In this document: positions 24,061-34,966 of the stretch, in pieces
Position numbering within the stretch: the stretch's first letter is position 1
How the letters are laid out: every line of letters starts with the position of its first letter
Assembly (NCBI GenBank): GCA_051294375.1
Contig: CM119268.1
Location: 23,631,938-23,695,937, forward strand
Direction: 5' to 3'
Source: Paraspadella gotoi
Lineage: Eukaryota; Animalia; Chaetognatha
DNA: 64,000 bases
Program-made: the position numbers and the translations under genes
The notes under the pieces: model-generated
The model's input: only the letters and a program-made list of their open reading frames with translations
Database searches by the model: none
What the model was told of the DNA's origin: nothing

Positions 24061-26321
24061 TCTCTCTTTCTCTGACTTGAACATCAGAATGCAGGTGAAA
24101 ATCGGTGGACGCTGGAGACCAATACTCATGACAGATAACGGACTAGGAGATGACAGTGAAATCGTCAAATGCGGAGATTGGATGAGATTTTGCGTCGCCG
24201 GTCTGCCAGTCGGTTTCTTTGGCGGATTCAGAGAGTGCAGGGTCAGTTTTGGGTTATCTTTTTCGAGAGTGCCTTTTTTTCCGAGAGTATGCCATGGCGT
24301 TTTTCGGCTTTCTTTTCCAAGAACGCCCCATTTCTTTTTTGGCTCCTTTTCCAAAGTGCATATTTCTTTTTTTGGCTCTCTTTTTCTGATAGTTCCCCAT
24401 TCTTTTCCAAAAGTGCCCTTTTTTCTGCTTTTTTTCTGAAAGTGCTCCATTTATTTTTGGCTCTCTTTTCTGAAAGTACCCAATTATTTTTGAATATCCC
24501 ATAATTTATTTTAACTTTTAACTTTAATCTATATATATTTTTAAACTTCTGACTTCTACTTAATCCTAAACCCTAATCCTAAACCCTTATTTTAATTTCT
24601 AATCCTAACCATTAATCCTAAACCCAGACTCTAACCCAAATCCCTAACCATAAAGAGAAACTAACTTAATTCCTAACCTAAATCCTAACCCTAACCTTTA
24701 ACCTAATCTTTAACTTAAAAATTAATCTAATTCTGAATTAAATATGAAAAAAACCGTTGGGGAAAATAAGGTCGAGTTTTGTTATTATATTTACCTCATA
24801 CAATTAATATCAATGTAAACATAATCTTTCGTTTAATATTTTCTTTTACCCAGATGTTATCTGATGCTCGGGATATGGCTAGTATGATTCGTCATAACAA
24901 ATTCATACCTCCTTTCACGTAAGCTGAATTCAGATACAAAACTAAACCAGTGGCTGCGCCAATACATGTGAATCACTTTCAAGGGCTTAAACTGAACTGT
25001 TACTGCGGCAATAATAACAAATTAGTATTTGCAAAATATTTTATAAATCAAAATAATATTATTTTTGTTTTGATATACTAAATACGATTAAAATGCTTTG
25101 ATCAATACACAAAATGAGAAATAGAATAAAACAAAATGGAAGGAAAAAAATTATTTAAGAATATCAAAAACAATTTTAAATATTTCAAATAATAAAAATT
25201 TTAAAAAAACAATTGCTACAATTTAAGGGGTTAAGTAAATCACTGGGAGGATGAATGCGTGGCTGACGAGACACGAGACTCGCGATCGGGCTGGTTTGGT
25301 CGTTGTTTTTTTATAGTTTTAATAAGTAGTTAGTGATTTAGTAATAATATTTGCATCTTAGATTATGTTAATAATTTTTTTTCTCTCAGGATGGAAAACT
25401 GGAATCTCACGCCGTCGAACGTGACAATCAAGATTACAAGAGTGCTTGCTTCACCTTCCAAGCATTTGAATGGTCGGACAAAGCAAGAACCAAGCGTAAA
25501 GGAAGAATGACGATGGAATGTGACGTGGATATTTGCAATGAGAAACGTCTGGACACGGACTTCGGCCACGCCCCTTGCACGTGGATTGGTGATTCTGGCA
25601 GCAGAAGTCGACCTGATGGCGGGAATGCTCTTCACCGTCGAAAGAGGTAAAGAAAGAGAAAAATAATGTGGCTGTCAATTTTAAAAAATATGATCTGTTC
25701 GAATTTTTATAAATTTATTGAATGAATTGATAATTTTATATATTAGTTATTCCTTTTTATGAGGAAGTTGTTCACAAAAAATGAGAAAAAACGAATACAA
25801 AAATTAAATCCATTTATTAATCAATCGATAAATCAATTGAAAATAAATTATTTTATTGAGAAATTGATACATGAAAGTATTGATAAACAAGTAAATAAAT
25901 AAATTTAAAATAATATTTTTTAAAGAAAAAAAAACAACCAATTAATCTACTCATTCAAAAACTAATAAATCAAGCATAAGATCAGTTAATCAGCTAATAA
26001 ATTATCATTATTATAACTTATATATATATATATATATATTACTACTCAGATCAGTGACCGACGAGCAAACTCGTAAAGCCTCAATGGACTTTGTTGTGAT
26101 TGGTCGAGACAAATGCGAATCTCGTCCCTCATTGTCCAATGGCAAACGAGTTTTACCAATGACGTGAATATCGGATCACAAGCAACATTCAAGTGTGACG
26201 AAGGATCATCAACAAAGGCGCCGCCACTCAACGTTGTCGCGAGATGGTACAAAAGGCTGAGGGCATCATCTACTTCAGCACGGCCACGGCTTGGGTCCCA
26301 CAAATTCCACTTCTTGCGAGG
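17321..26321 (+). pseudogene. Frameshifted mirror copy of ten exons of the ZP/Sushi gene (pseudo-copy or assembly artefact)
   Basis: Same exons as 5594-14671 in reverse orientation, with 1-nt losses in homopolymers (around 18180, 21545, 21840, 25400, 26143, 26206), the donor GTAAG changed to ATAAG at ~17594, and no cbEGF, SEA or TM exons. Confidence 0.7.
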
Positions 26322-26966
26322 GTAAGCAAAAATATGAGGCCTTGTTTTTTCAGATCGCCCCATTTCAATTTAATTTTTAATTAAGGTAAAGAATAGGTTA
26401 AAGGTTTGGGAGTAAGGATTAGATCAGTAAATAAGGTTAGAGTTAGGCTTAAGGTCCTAGGGTAAATTGGGGAAAGGGTTTAGGATTAGAGTTCAAGAAT
26501 AGGTTAGAACCCGGTTTTAAATATTAAAGATTAGAATTAGAGATTGTGCTAAAATTTAACTTTAATCCTATGATTATAATTAAAATTTGGAATAATTGAA
26601 GAGAAATGGGGCCCTCTGAAAAAGAGAGCCAAGAGTGACTAATGGGTATGATAATGTCATTAAAAATATTGATAGCATTATGGAGACGTTTTGAAAAAAA
26701 TTGTCATTGACAAATATTTAACAAGATACGTAAAAAAAAAGGTAATTCTAATGTGTTGCTGCGCAATAATACTTTTATTTTTGGTATCTAAATGACCACG
26801 TAACTTTGAAATATATTTTAACATAAATCCTCTGGTGGGTCACTTTTTGGCAATATTTTAACTAAAACAACTAAATGTTGTATAAAAAAGCTGATTAATT
26901 TAATAATCTTAGGACTGGATTTTTAATGGTCATGTAACTACATATCAAGTATGGTATATAGGCATA

Positions 26967-26991
26967 NNNNNNNNNNNNNNNNNNNNNNNNN
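26967..26991. other. Assembly gap of 25 N; others at 27700-28001, 47684-47872, 48488-48747, 48973-49884, 50013-50301, 51563-51587, 59280-59292, 61119-61143, 62147-62171
   Basis: N runs; four are exactly 25 N, which suggests placeholder gaps. Confidence 0.98.
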
Positions 26992-27385
26992 TCTGATAGA
27001 GCATAAAAAGTTAAACAAGAAATATAATTACCGTTTTTAAAAATATTATGTTTTCTCAATAAAAATATTAAAAAAAAGGATAAAATCATCGAAAGATGAT
27101 AATGATGATGATTTTTTATGGTTTTTCTTATTTTTGACTTACTTATCATAAAGTTATTTAATTTAATTTTACTGTGTAGCCAATTTTTATGAGCTATCTG
27201 AATCTGGTCTTAAAATTTAAAATTTCCTATCTATGAATAAATATTAAAAAAATTATTACAAGGGTATAGAGCAATATAAAACTTTTTTTGTCCATTGAAA
27301 GTATACTTAAAAATGTATCAATTTTCGTTTGAGCATGTACTCACTCTAAATTTTTGACTCACCCCATTAAGTGCGTCTACCCCTA
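26992..27385. mobile_element. Partial copy of the 600-bp MITE, cut by the N gap
   Basis: Matches 11962-12380 and ends in gcgtctaccccta. Confidence 0.8.
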
Positions 27386-27408
27386 CTCAAATTTGATCTT
27401 TTCCTCAC

Positions 27409-27660
27409 CTCCTTCATCCACAGGGTAAGGCTCCCTTTCTGGCGGCGGCGTGGTCGGCACAAAAGATGGTACAAGAGTATGATTTGTGATAGGGGAATTT
27501 GTGACAGTGGAATTTGTGAGAGTGGATTTTGGTAGAAGAGTGGAACTTGTGACAGTGGAACTTGTGACAGTGGAACTTGTGACAGTGGAACTTGAGACAG
27601 TGGAACTTGTGACAGTGGACCTTGAGACAGTGGAACTTGAGAATTGGGCCGATGCCACAG
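27409..27660 (-). CDS. Ser/Thr/Pro-rich mucin-like exon, probably an upstream exon of the ZP/EGF/SEA gene
   Basis: ttcattacAG acceptor and G|GTGAGG donor; 252 nt, phase 1-1. Encodes VASAQFSSSTVSRSTVTSST...VPTTPPPEREPYPVDEG with a 15-nt tandem repeat (VTSST). The phase matches the phase-1 entry of exons 14671 and 14506 on the same strand. Confidence 0.6.
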
Positions 27661-28027
27661 CTGTAATGAATTGTTGAAATAGAATAATAAAATATGAAAN
27701 NNNNNNNNNNNNNNNNNNNNNNNNNNNNNNNNNNNNNNNNNNNNNNNNNNNNNNNNNNNNNNNNNNNNNNNNNNNNNNNNNNNNNNNNNNNNNNNNNNNN
27801 NNNNNNNNNNNNNNNNNNNNNNNNNNNNNNNNNNNNNNNNNNNNNNNNNNNNNNNNNNNNNNNNNNNNNNNNNNNNNNNNNNNNNNNNNNNNNNNNNNNN
27901 NNNNNNNNNNNNNNNNNNNNNNNNNNNNNNNNNNNNNNNNNNNNNNNNNNNNNNNNNNNNNNNNNNNNNNNNNNNNNNNNNNNNNNNNNNNNNNNNNNNN
28001 NGCATATCTTCAAAACCATAATGAGAA

Positions 28028-28152
28028 ATTCTACTTAACATTCTACTTAACATAACATTCGACTTAACATTCGACTTAACATTCGACTTAACATTCGACT
28101 TAACATTCGACTTAACATTCGACTTAACATTCGACTTAACTTTCTACTTAAC
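28028..28152. repeat. 12-bp tandem repeat (attcgacttaac), about 10 copies
   Basis: Read directly from the sequence. Confidence 0.95.
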
Positions 28153-28265
28153 ACAAACGACCCAAAGTATCATCCCAGCATAATTCACATACTCACATAT
28201 CACTTCAATCTTATGACTGTGTGTAAATCTTTTCTTTTTTGTTGTGTTTGTGGTTTAAAGAGGCA

Positions 28266-29430
28266 AATAGTTTATTGGCAACAACATTTTTATTAAATAG
28301 ACGAACATGTTTCGGCTCACATTCGAACCTTCATCTGAGTCAAAGTTTTTGTGAATTATTCACAATATTTTCTACAACAAAAAGGAGAGAGAGAGTGAGA
28401 GAAGAGAGAGGGTGACAGGGGAGAGAGAAATAATCATTTTTTAATGTACAACAAATGAAAAAGTTTGGTTTGTAAATTTCAGTATACAAAAACTTTTCAT
28501 TTGTTGTAAGGTTAGCAATGTATTATTTTATATCTCCCTGTCTCCCTCTCTCTCCTCTCTCTCTCTCTCTCTCCTCAAATTGACCCATTTCATTTCTTTT
28601 TCAAAACTAAAATCTGTCCTTACCTTAGCTAGGAGTCTACGTCGTTCTTAGAGATCGAGGAAGACTTTTTCATGGAGATTTTCGTTCAAATCTGACTACC
28701 AAACAATATAAAGCTCCTGGTAAAAATTCTGGCTAAAATATCGATGTAAAACACTTGATTCCGATCCTGTTGCCATCTGAAGGGCTCGCATTTTTTTCTC
28801 TTGTCAAATCATCAACATCTTGATATCAAACAACCCAAGAACAAATAGACTGCTTCTGGTGGAAAAATTTTTCCATCTCTGATTTTATATAGAAATGAAA
28901 GGGATTTTTATCCTTGAAAGATATAAACGTGACTGAGGTATGTTCCTGTTTAACAAATGAGGTTCTAATTTTGGAATCCTTGGCAAAGTGTCTGAAGGGC
29001 TCTCAAATTTTTCTTTACATTTTATATTGGTTATTTGATATGATACGAAGCATTGGTAAAGTGAATTAGTCCATTTTGGTGAAATTTTTATTTAAAGTAA
29101 AAGTAAAAGAGGAGCTAACGATCGGAATTCTAAGAGTTTTCAACCGGGAGTCAGATTTCAGGAAAAATTCTTCTAGGCGAAAATCTTTCCAAGAAGGGGT
29201 GGATTTTCGAAGATTTTAGTTAATAATTTCTATATTTATGGTCGGATTTTTTTGAAACTTAATATTAACATATTGCATCATTCACCTTGCGCGCGTATAA
29301 GAATATATTAAAAAAACTCGGGCTTTGTTCGTTCAGAGCTTAGTCCTACCTTTAGCCTATTCTCACCATTGACCACTGTCCTTTCTAAACTCTGTGTTGG
29401 AAACTTTGCCCTCTCTCTCTCAATCTCTCT

Positions 29431-29463
<33 letters not shown>

Positions 29464-29601
29464 CTCATCTGTCCTTGCTCTCCTTCTTTGGTAGAAAATT
29501 TGTGAATAATTCACAAAAAACTTGGACGCTGATGAAGGCTCGAATTGTGAGCCGAAACATGTTTGTCTATATAATAAAATTGTTGTTGCCAATAAACTAT
29601 T
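28266..29601. mobile_element. Penelope-like element remnant bounded by ~130-bp inverted pLTR-like repeats with hammerhead motifs
   Basis: 28266-~28390 is the reverse complement of ~29475-29601 (aatagtttattggcaacaac...acatgtttcggctcac). The left copy has a mutated core (CAGATGA). An inner hairpin lies at ~28385-28575. The interior has no intact ORF, only weak RT-like scraps (SNLTTKQYKA, KTLDSDP). Confidence 0.65.
29523..29569 (+). ncRNA. Minimal type-I hammerhead ribozyme motif (Penelope-like element type)
   Basis: UGGACG-CUGAUGA-A-GGCUC(gaauugu)GAGCC-GAAAC-AU-GUU/UGUCUA: intact core boxes, 5-bp stem II, palindromic ACAUGU stem III, and 6-bp stem I (UGGACG:UGUCUA). Confidence 0.8.
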
Positions 29602-30137
29602 CGTCTGTTTAAATCTATCACTAAAATCTAACTCACCAATTAACAAGGTTCCCGCAAGAAGGACTCTTGTTCCAAATCGATATCTCCATTTTTTTTAAGG
29701 ATTCTTATTAAAAAAAAGTATTATTTGAATATAACCAGTAGCGACTTTCCGATTGAAAGGGAAAGTTGTAATGAAAGCTCACCCTAAACACGTAGATGAG
29801 AGACAAAAAGTCAAGAGAAAAAGAACCAATGTAAGCCCGACTGGTTGCGCCGGTTGCCGACTATCTTTTATTTAATTTTTGCTTAAAATATTTTTTTTAA
29901 CAATTTTTTATTTAGTTTACGTAGATTCTTTTTTTTTCTCTTTTCTTTCTTAATTGAAGTTACTTTAAGTAAAGCCGACGATTTATACATGATAGAACAT
30001 TTTTTAAAAATGTTTTCATGTTTAAAATACGTTATTATTTTATTGGTAAATACACCAAGAGATTGACTGACAAACAGCAACTTTTTGAATCTTTTATGCT
30101 GGCGAATAATGATTAGCAAATTTTACAAGAATGACTG

Positions 30138-30730
30138 TACAATAAGGCGTAGTGAAGTTGTAGATCAAAATTCGATTAGTTGATCATGAACAGTCTTGGA
30201 CTAAATAATATTTATTATATAAAAAAAACATTTTTTTTAATTTCTCAATTTTCGAAAACGCCCACATTGTACATAGTCAACATTTTAAAATAATTTTTCT
30301 TAGTTTTGAAAGCGGATTCGAATTTCTCATAAAAGTTGATAAAAGAAAATACTAAATTAAGTCTTAATCAAAAACTTTTTCATTAAGTTATCCCAAAATT
30401 CCTAAAACTATATTTTTTATACTAAAATTTAATTAGACATTGTGATGTAATCCTTTCGTTTCGTTGTGTAAAGTTAATTAGAAATAGTTTACTAGGTTTT
30501 TGACCCTTTTAAATGAAATAATTTTCTTATAAAGCGTTATTTTCCTTTTATCAAATTTTCGTATCTGCTTTTAAAAATAAGAAAAACATTTTAAAATTTT
30601 GACATTTTCTATTGTGAGTACTATCTAAAATTTTTTATAATTTTATTTTTATAAATTAAAAAATGTTCGTAACCTACAATTCGAATTTTGATTCTCCTTG
30701 ATTTTACTATTTTGGCTATGCTTTACTATA
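30138..30730. mobile_element. Degenerate TA-flanked MITE (Tc1/mariner-like ends)
   Basis: tacaataaggcgtag...atcaaaattcga versus tcgaattttgat...ctatgctttactata. A second partial copy is at ~38497-38660. Confidence 0.5.
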
Positions 30731-32014
30731 CAAAAAAGCATTTTATTGGTGGCGAATTCTCGCGACGCAACTAAAAACAAGTTTAAGATTACGTCAAAGA
30801 ATCTAAAGACCGGACGAACTGCATCCAAGACTTCGAAAAGATAGTGGAAAAGTTCAACGACTTCCTCTTTATTATTTGATAGGCAAAGTACAATGATTTT
30901 AACATCTTTTTCGAAGATTACGGTATAACTTTATTAGGTAAAACTTTGTCGAAATCGAATTATTCACAGATTCTTTCACAACTGTTTGTCTTGTTTTTTT
31001 TTGTTGTGATTCTTTTCATTTTTTTCCCTCGGGCTAAAGTTTAAATCTTTTTACATTTTTAAACTTTCGGTAGGTAGCGTTCCACACCATTGCAAGAATG
31101 TCATAAGAATTGTGTATTGAACTAAGTTCGGAGTATTGGCTGTCTTTGAGTTCTAACTGACTGGGCTTATTCTGCGCATTGAAGACCAAATGAATTCGGA
31201 TATAAATGGCGCAGAAGAGACGATGGCGCCGATCAAAACGCCCTGGAGATGATGACGACAGTCTCGGCAGAACGACGTCGGCTAAGGCCGAAAGGACGAC
31301 GAACTACGAAGCCCAGGACTTGACGAAATGTCTGTAGCAAGTCTGATTAAGGGAAGTAGTGTGTAGTCTGTAGATTTGAGTAGTCTGTAGAGAAGTTGTA
31401 GGTCTGTAGAGAAGTTAGAAGTCCTGGGCAAGGAATAACAAAACATTTATCACAAACTCAGCAAATATATATAAATTTAAAGTGTCTTTCTTACTTGTTT
31501 CTGAAGCCAATATTAACCAAAAAAGAGATGCTTCTCTCATAGAAAAGTCCACCAAACCAGCGATCACACAAAAAATAAGATTCCGAGATATCTGAAAGAG
31601 TTTCTAAATGCTCTAAAAACCCAGTGACAACTTTGAGATCTGAAGATACCACGTGGCCATAATTCGATCAAAATCAAATCGAAATCTATCGAAATCACGG
31701 GCACCAATCAGAATCAGCTGTACACTGCCTTTGGAAATCTGTACTTAAGTATAAACAAAAGAGAGAGCCTAAAGATAATAAATAAGATAAAAAATATAAA
31801 AGATAATCATTTCGTAACAAATTGAATACATGTATCATGAATGTAAGCCTAAAACTAAACAGCGCCATAAACTTTTATCGATCAGGTTTTCCTTTTTTTT
31901 TTTCTTTTAACCGGCGACAAGTTAACGAGAATGTTCAGAACGGGTTAATGAATCATGAGCCGGTAGATTTAAATTCGCCTCAATAAAGAGACGAAACCGG
32001 TTAAATCCGGTGAA

Positions 32015-32440
32015 ATGTTATTCGTGGAAACCTATTCTCAATTGAGAAATAATGTGAGAGTGGTAAGGCATTATGAAGAGAAATGGGAAAGAGTGCTTGG
32101 AATTAGTTTAACTACTGAGTGGAGGACCTTCTGGGGTGCAATTATGCACTCTGATACCTCTTTCTATGTCAGGTCTTCTATTTGGCGCCAGGTGAGCTTA
32201 AATATCTGGACAGAATACATGGATTACGCATATGTAGGAAGAGGTGATGGTAATTGTGAGCTTTGTGGTGTTGTAGCACGTGAGCGGTGGCATATTTTGA
32301 CTCAGTGTGAAGTGGTTGTAAGACTTTGGGAGAAATTGAGTGTGACACAGTTGAAATTTGATAATAAGAGAGTTGATAACCGAGAAATGACCTTAGGTTT
32401 AACAGGACAAGGGGCTAATGTAAGGTTAAGAAATAAATAG
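32015..32440 (+). mobile_element. Non-LTR retrotransposon remnant (C-terminal zf-RVT-like region, L1/Tx1-like)
   Basis: The ORF has the KWE...EWRTFW...IW and CELCG...ERWHILTQC...LW zinc-knuckle pattern typical of LINE ORF2 C-termini; no RT domain is adjacent. Confidence 0.75.
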
Positions 32441-32732
32441 GTTTTTCTTTAAGTTAGTATCCTTTAGGGTCACAAATTGGAAGAATTATCGTGATTTATC
32501 ATCTGATTAGCAGATTAGCGCTTAATAATTGTGGGCAGATCCGACATTGTTTGCTCTAACTTGTTTTTTTTAATTTCGTCAATGGGTAACCGGTCTTTGG
32601 GTCATGAGTTCAGATTAAGCGTTAAATAATGAAAAGGAGCAGCATATGACGTCAAAGCACATTTCAAATTTAAAGAAAAAAATAAGAAATTTTAAATTAA
32701 TTGCTTGGATTAAAACAATTGAGAAGAGAGAA

Positions 32733-32783
32733 AACAAGTTTGAGCAAAAAATGTCGAATCTGCCCACGATAATTTAGCGGTAA

Positions 32784-32815
<32 letters not shown>

Positions 32816-33580
32816 ATAGAAAAAACTATAGTAGAATTAATTAAAATTATATTACAATTATAAATAAAATTTTCACTTGCATCATTAATTAATTAAGTGA
32901 AAAAATGATGCACTTTGATAAAATGATGCAAGTTAAAAAATGAAACAAGTTGAAAAAATAAAGCAAGTTAAAAAAATGATGCGAGTTGAAAAAAATGATG
33001 CGAGTAAAATAAAATCTGGAAAATTATGAGTAAGCATAAATAATAAAAATTCAACTCAACTTGACTTTGGTTTTTTCAATGCAAACTCATTTCCACTCCT
33101 TGATTCCATCGAAACTTTATATCGTGCTCAATCACACACTTTCCTACCCACACACAAAATATAATCTCAATCTATCCATCCAATTTTGATTTTTTTGAGT
33201 AATTATGGGTTAAAATTACTAAAAAGATTTAAGTTAATTTGACTTATTTTTTTTTCCATTTAAACTCATTTTTACTCGCACGATTCCATCGAAACTTTAT
33301 ATCCAGCTCAATCACACCCATTTCTCTCCATACACAAAATGTCATTCCAATAAATACATCCAATCATGAGCAATTGGAGTTTAATGAAAAGGTGGGACGG
33401 ACCTTCAGACGGACAGATGGACAGACGGACGGACATCGTTTTTTTTTGCTTAATTTAGCATAATATGATGTTTTTATGTGATAAAAATTCTTTACTGACA
33501 AGATTTAGGGGTGGGACCGACGGACCGACAAAGTGAATTATAGAGTCGGAATCTGCTGATAAAGCAGATCCGACTAAAAA
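32733..33580 (+). mobile_element. Helentron/DINE-like element copy
   Basis: aacaagtttgagc...gtcgaatctgcccacgat start; terminal hairpin agtcgga(a)tctgct-gata-aagcagatccgact. An inverted 5' fragment lies at ~32505-32565. Confidence 0.65.
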
Positions 33581-34966
33581 GAAAGAAATGAATTTTCAGT
33601 TAATTGCTTTGATTGAAACAATTGATAAGCGGCAATCAAAGGCGATAAGTAATTATATTTTTTGGGCTTTTTTTTTTTCTCTCTCTCTCTCCAACTTTGT
33701 TTTTTCTCTCTCTCTCTATTCTCTTTAATGTAATTTTATATCAGACAGTTGGTAAAGAGTTAATTGCAATTCGATTCCAGACAATTGGCAGCGTCCTTTC
33801 TCACTTTTTTGGACCTAAATGGAATCTGATCCTACTTCTCCAGACGAGGATTTTACTAAAATCGAAAATTAAAAAAAATCGGATTCCACTAGAATCGTAT
33901 TCTGTGGATTTGAATCTCTTTTATTTTATTTTCTTTGTTCTGTTGTTGACCTGAGACCTGAGACCTGAGACCAGAGAGAAGTTGTTGTCGTTGTTGTCTT
34001 TGTTGTTTTAGTTCTTTCTTTTTATCATCGTCAGATTTTTTTTACATTTTCCAAATATGTCATTTTATATCGTCAAAGCTTAGTTTCTGATTAATGATTT
34101 TCCAACAGGAATGATGTACGACATCTATTTGAAATCTGGAAAAGAAAGTAATCTCACCTTGTGTTGTATAAATAGATAGATATCATAAATAATAGATATT
34201 TTAAATTAAAAAAAAATAAAGATAGTAAAACAAGTAATTGTGCAACTTTCATAATCTACGTTAGAATTCAACTTTATTTTTGTGGAACCGAGCCAATAGA
34301 TAAAAATGCTGATAAAATTGAGCCAACAGATAAAAATTCTGATAAAGTTTGAATTAACTCATGTCATTTCGATAAGAATTTTTTTAAAAATTTAATCAGG
34401 AAGATTTTGAAAACAGCGAGGCTAAAAAACCTCACGCGATTTTAGTATTATAAATAAACTTGAAATCAACAGTAGAATAAAAAAAATTGTTTTGAAAAAT
34501 AAATAAAAAAGCTAAACTCAACTCACAGAATCTGGAATCCTAACAAACTTGTGAATCTTTTAGTGAGTCAACTTGAATCTTATGCGTGTTTTGCAATCTT
34601 GGCTTTTAAAAAAACTTTCTGAAATATTAATTAATTTTTTATATTATCAAAATTATTACAATATGTTATTACAATATTTTTTTCATAATCGGAAAGAGTC
34701 CCAACATAAAAAAGGAAAAAAAATTCTTGGTATTCAAATTTATTTAGAATATTATTAGAACAAAGTTTTGAAAAGAGATATAATGAAATAAAAATCTTTT
34801 CAAAAACTTTGTTCTAAATCAAATCACAACGAAACAGAACGGAAAAAATACAAGAATATTATTAGTAATTTTATCGGGAATTAAATCGTTAAAAATATTA
34901 AATAATAATATATTTTCGTTGCGCTCTTCGTTATCGATTATGCTCAGAATCTACCTCTCGCCAACC

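Larger units (their letters stand above)
4942..26966. repeat. ~22 kb inverted duplication (palindrome): arms 4942-15985 and 16012-26966, 26-nt spacer
   Basis: ...aatattcattaaagt(15985) mirrors actttaatgaatatt(16012). tatgcctatataccatacttgatatg at 4942 mirrors the bases just before the N gap at 26967. ORFs are mirrored (13453-13899 vs 18197-18523; 7546-7863 vs 24077-24439). The right arm is ~90 nt shorter. Confidence 0.97.

Noticed and set aside
28028-28152. 12-bp array as a possible CRISPR or telomeric repeat
   Set aside because: It is a simple spacerless tandem repeat beside a gap.
31200-31430. tggcgcag/tggcgccg motifs as an LTR-retrotransposon primer-binding site
   Set aside because: No paired LTRs or gag/pol ORF were found nearby.
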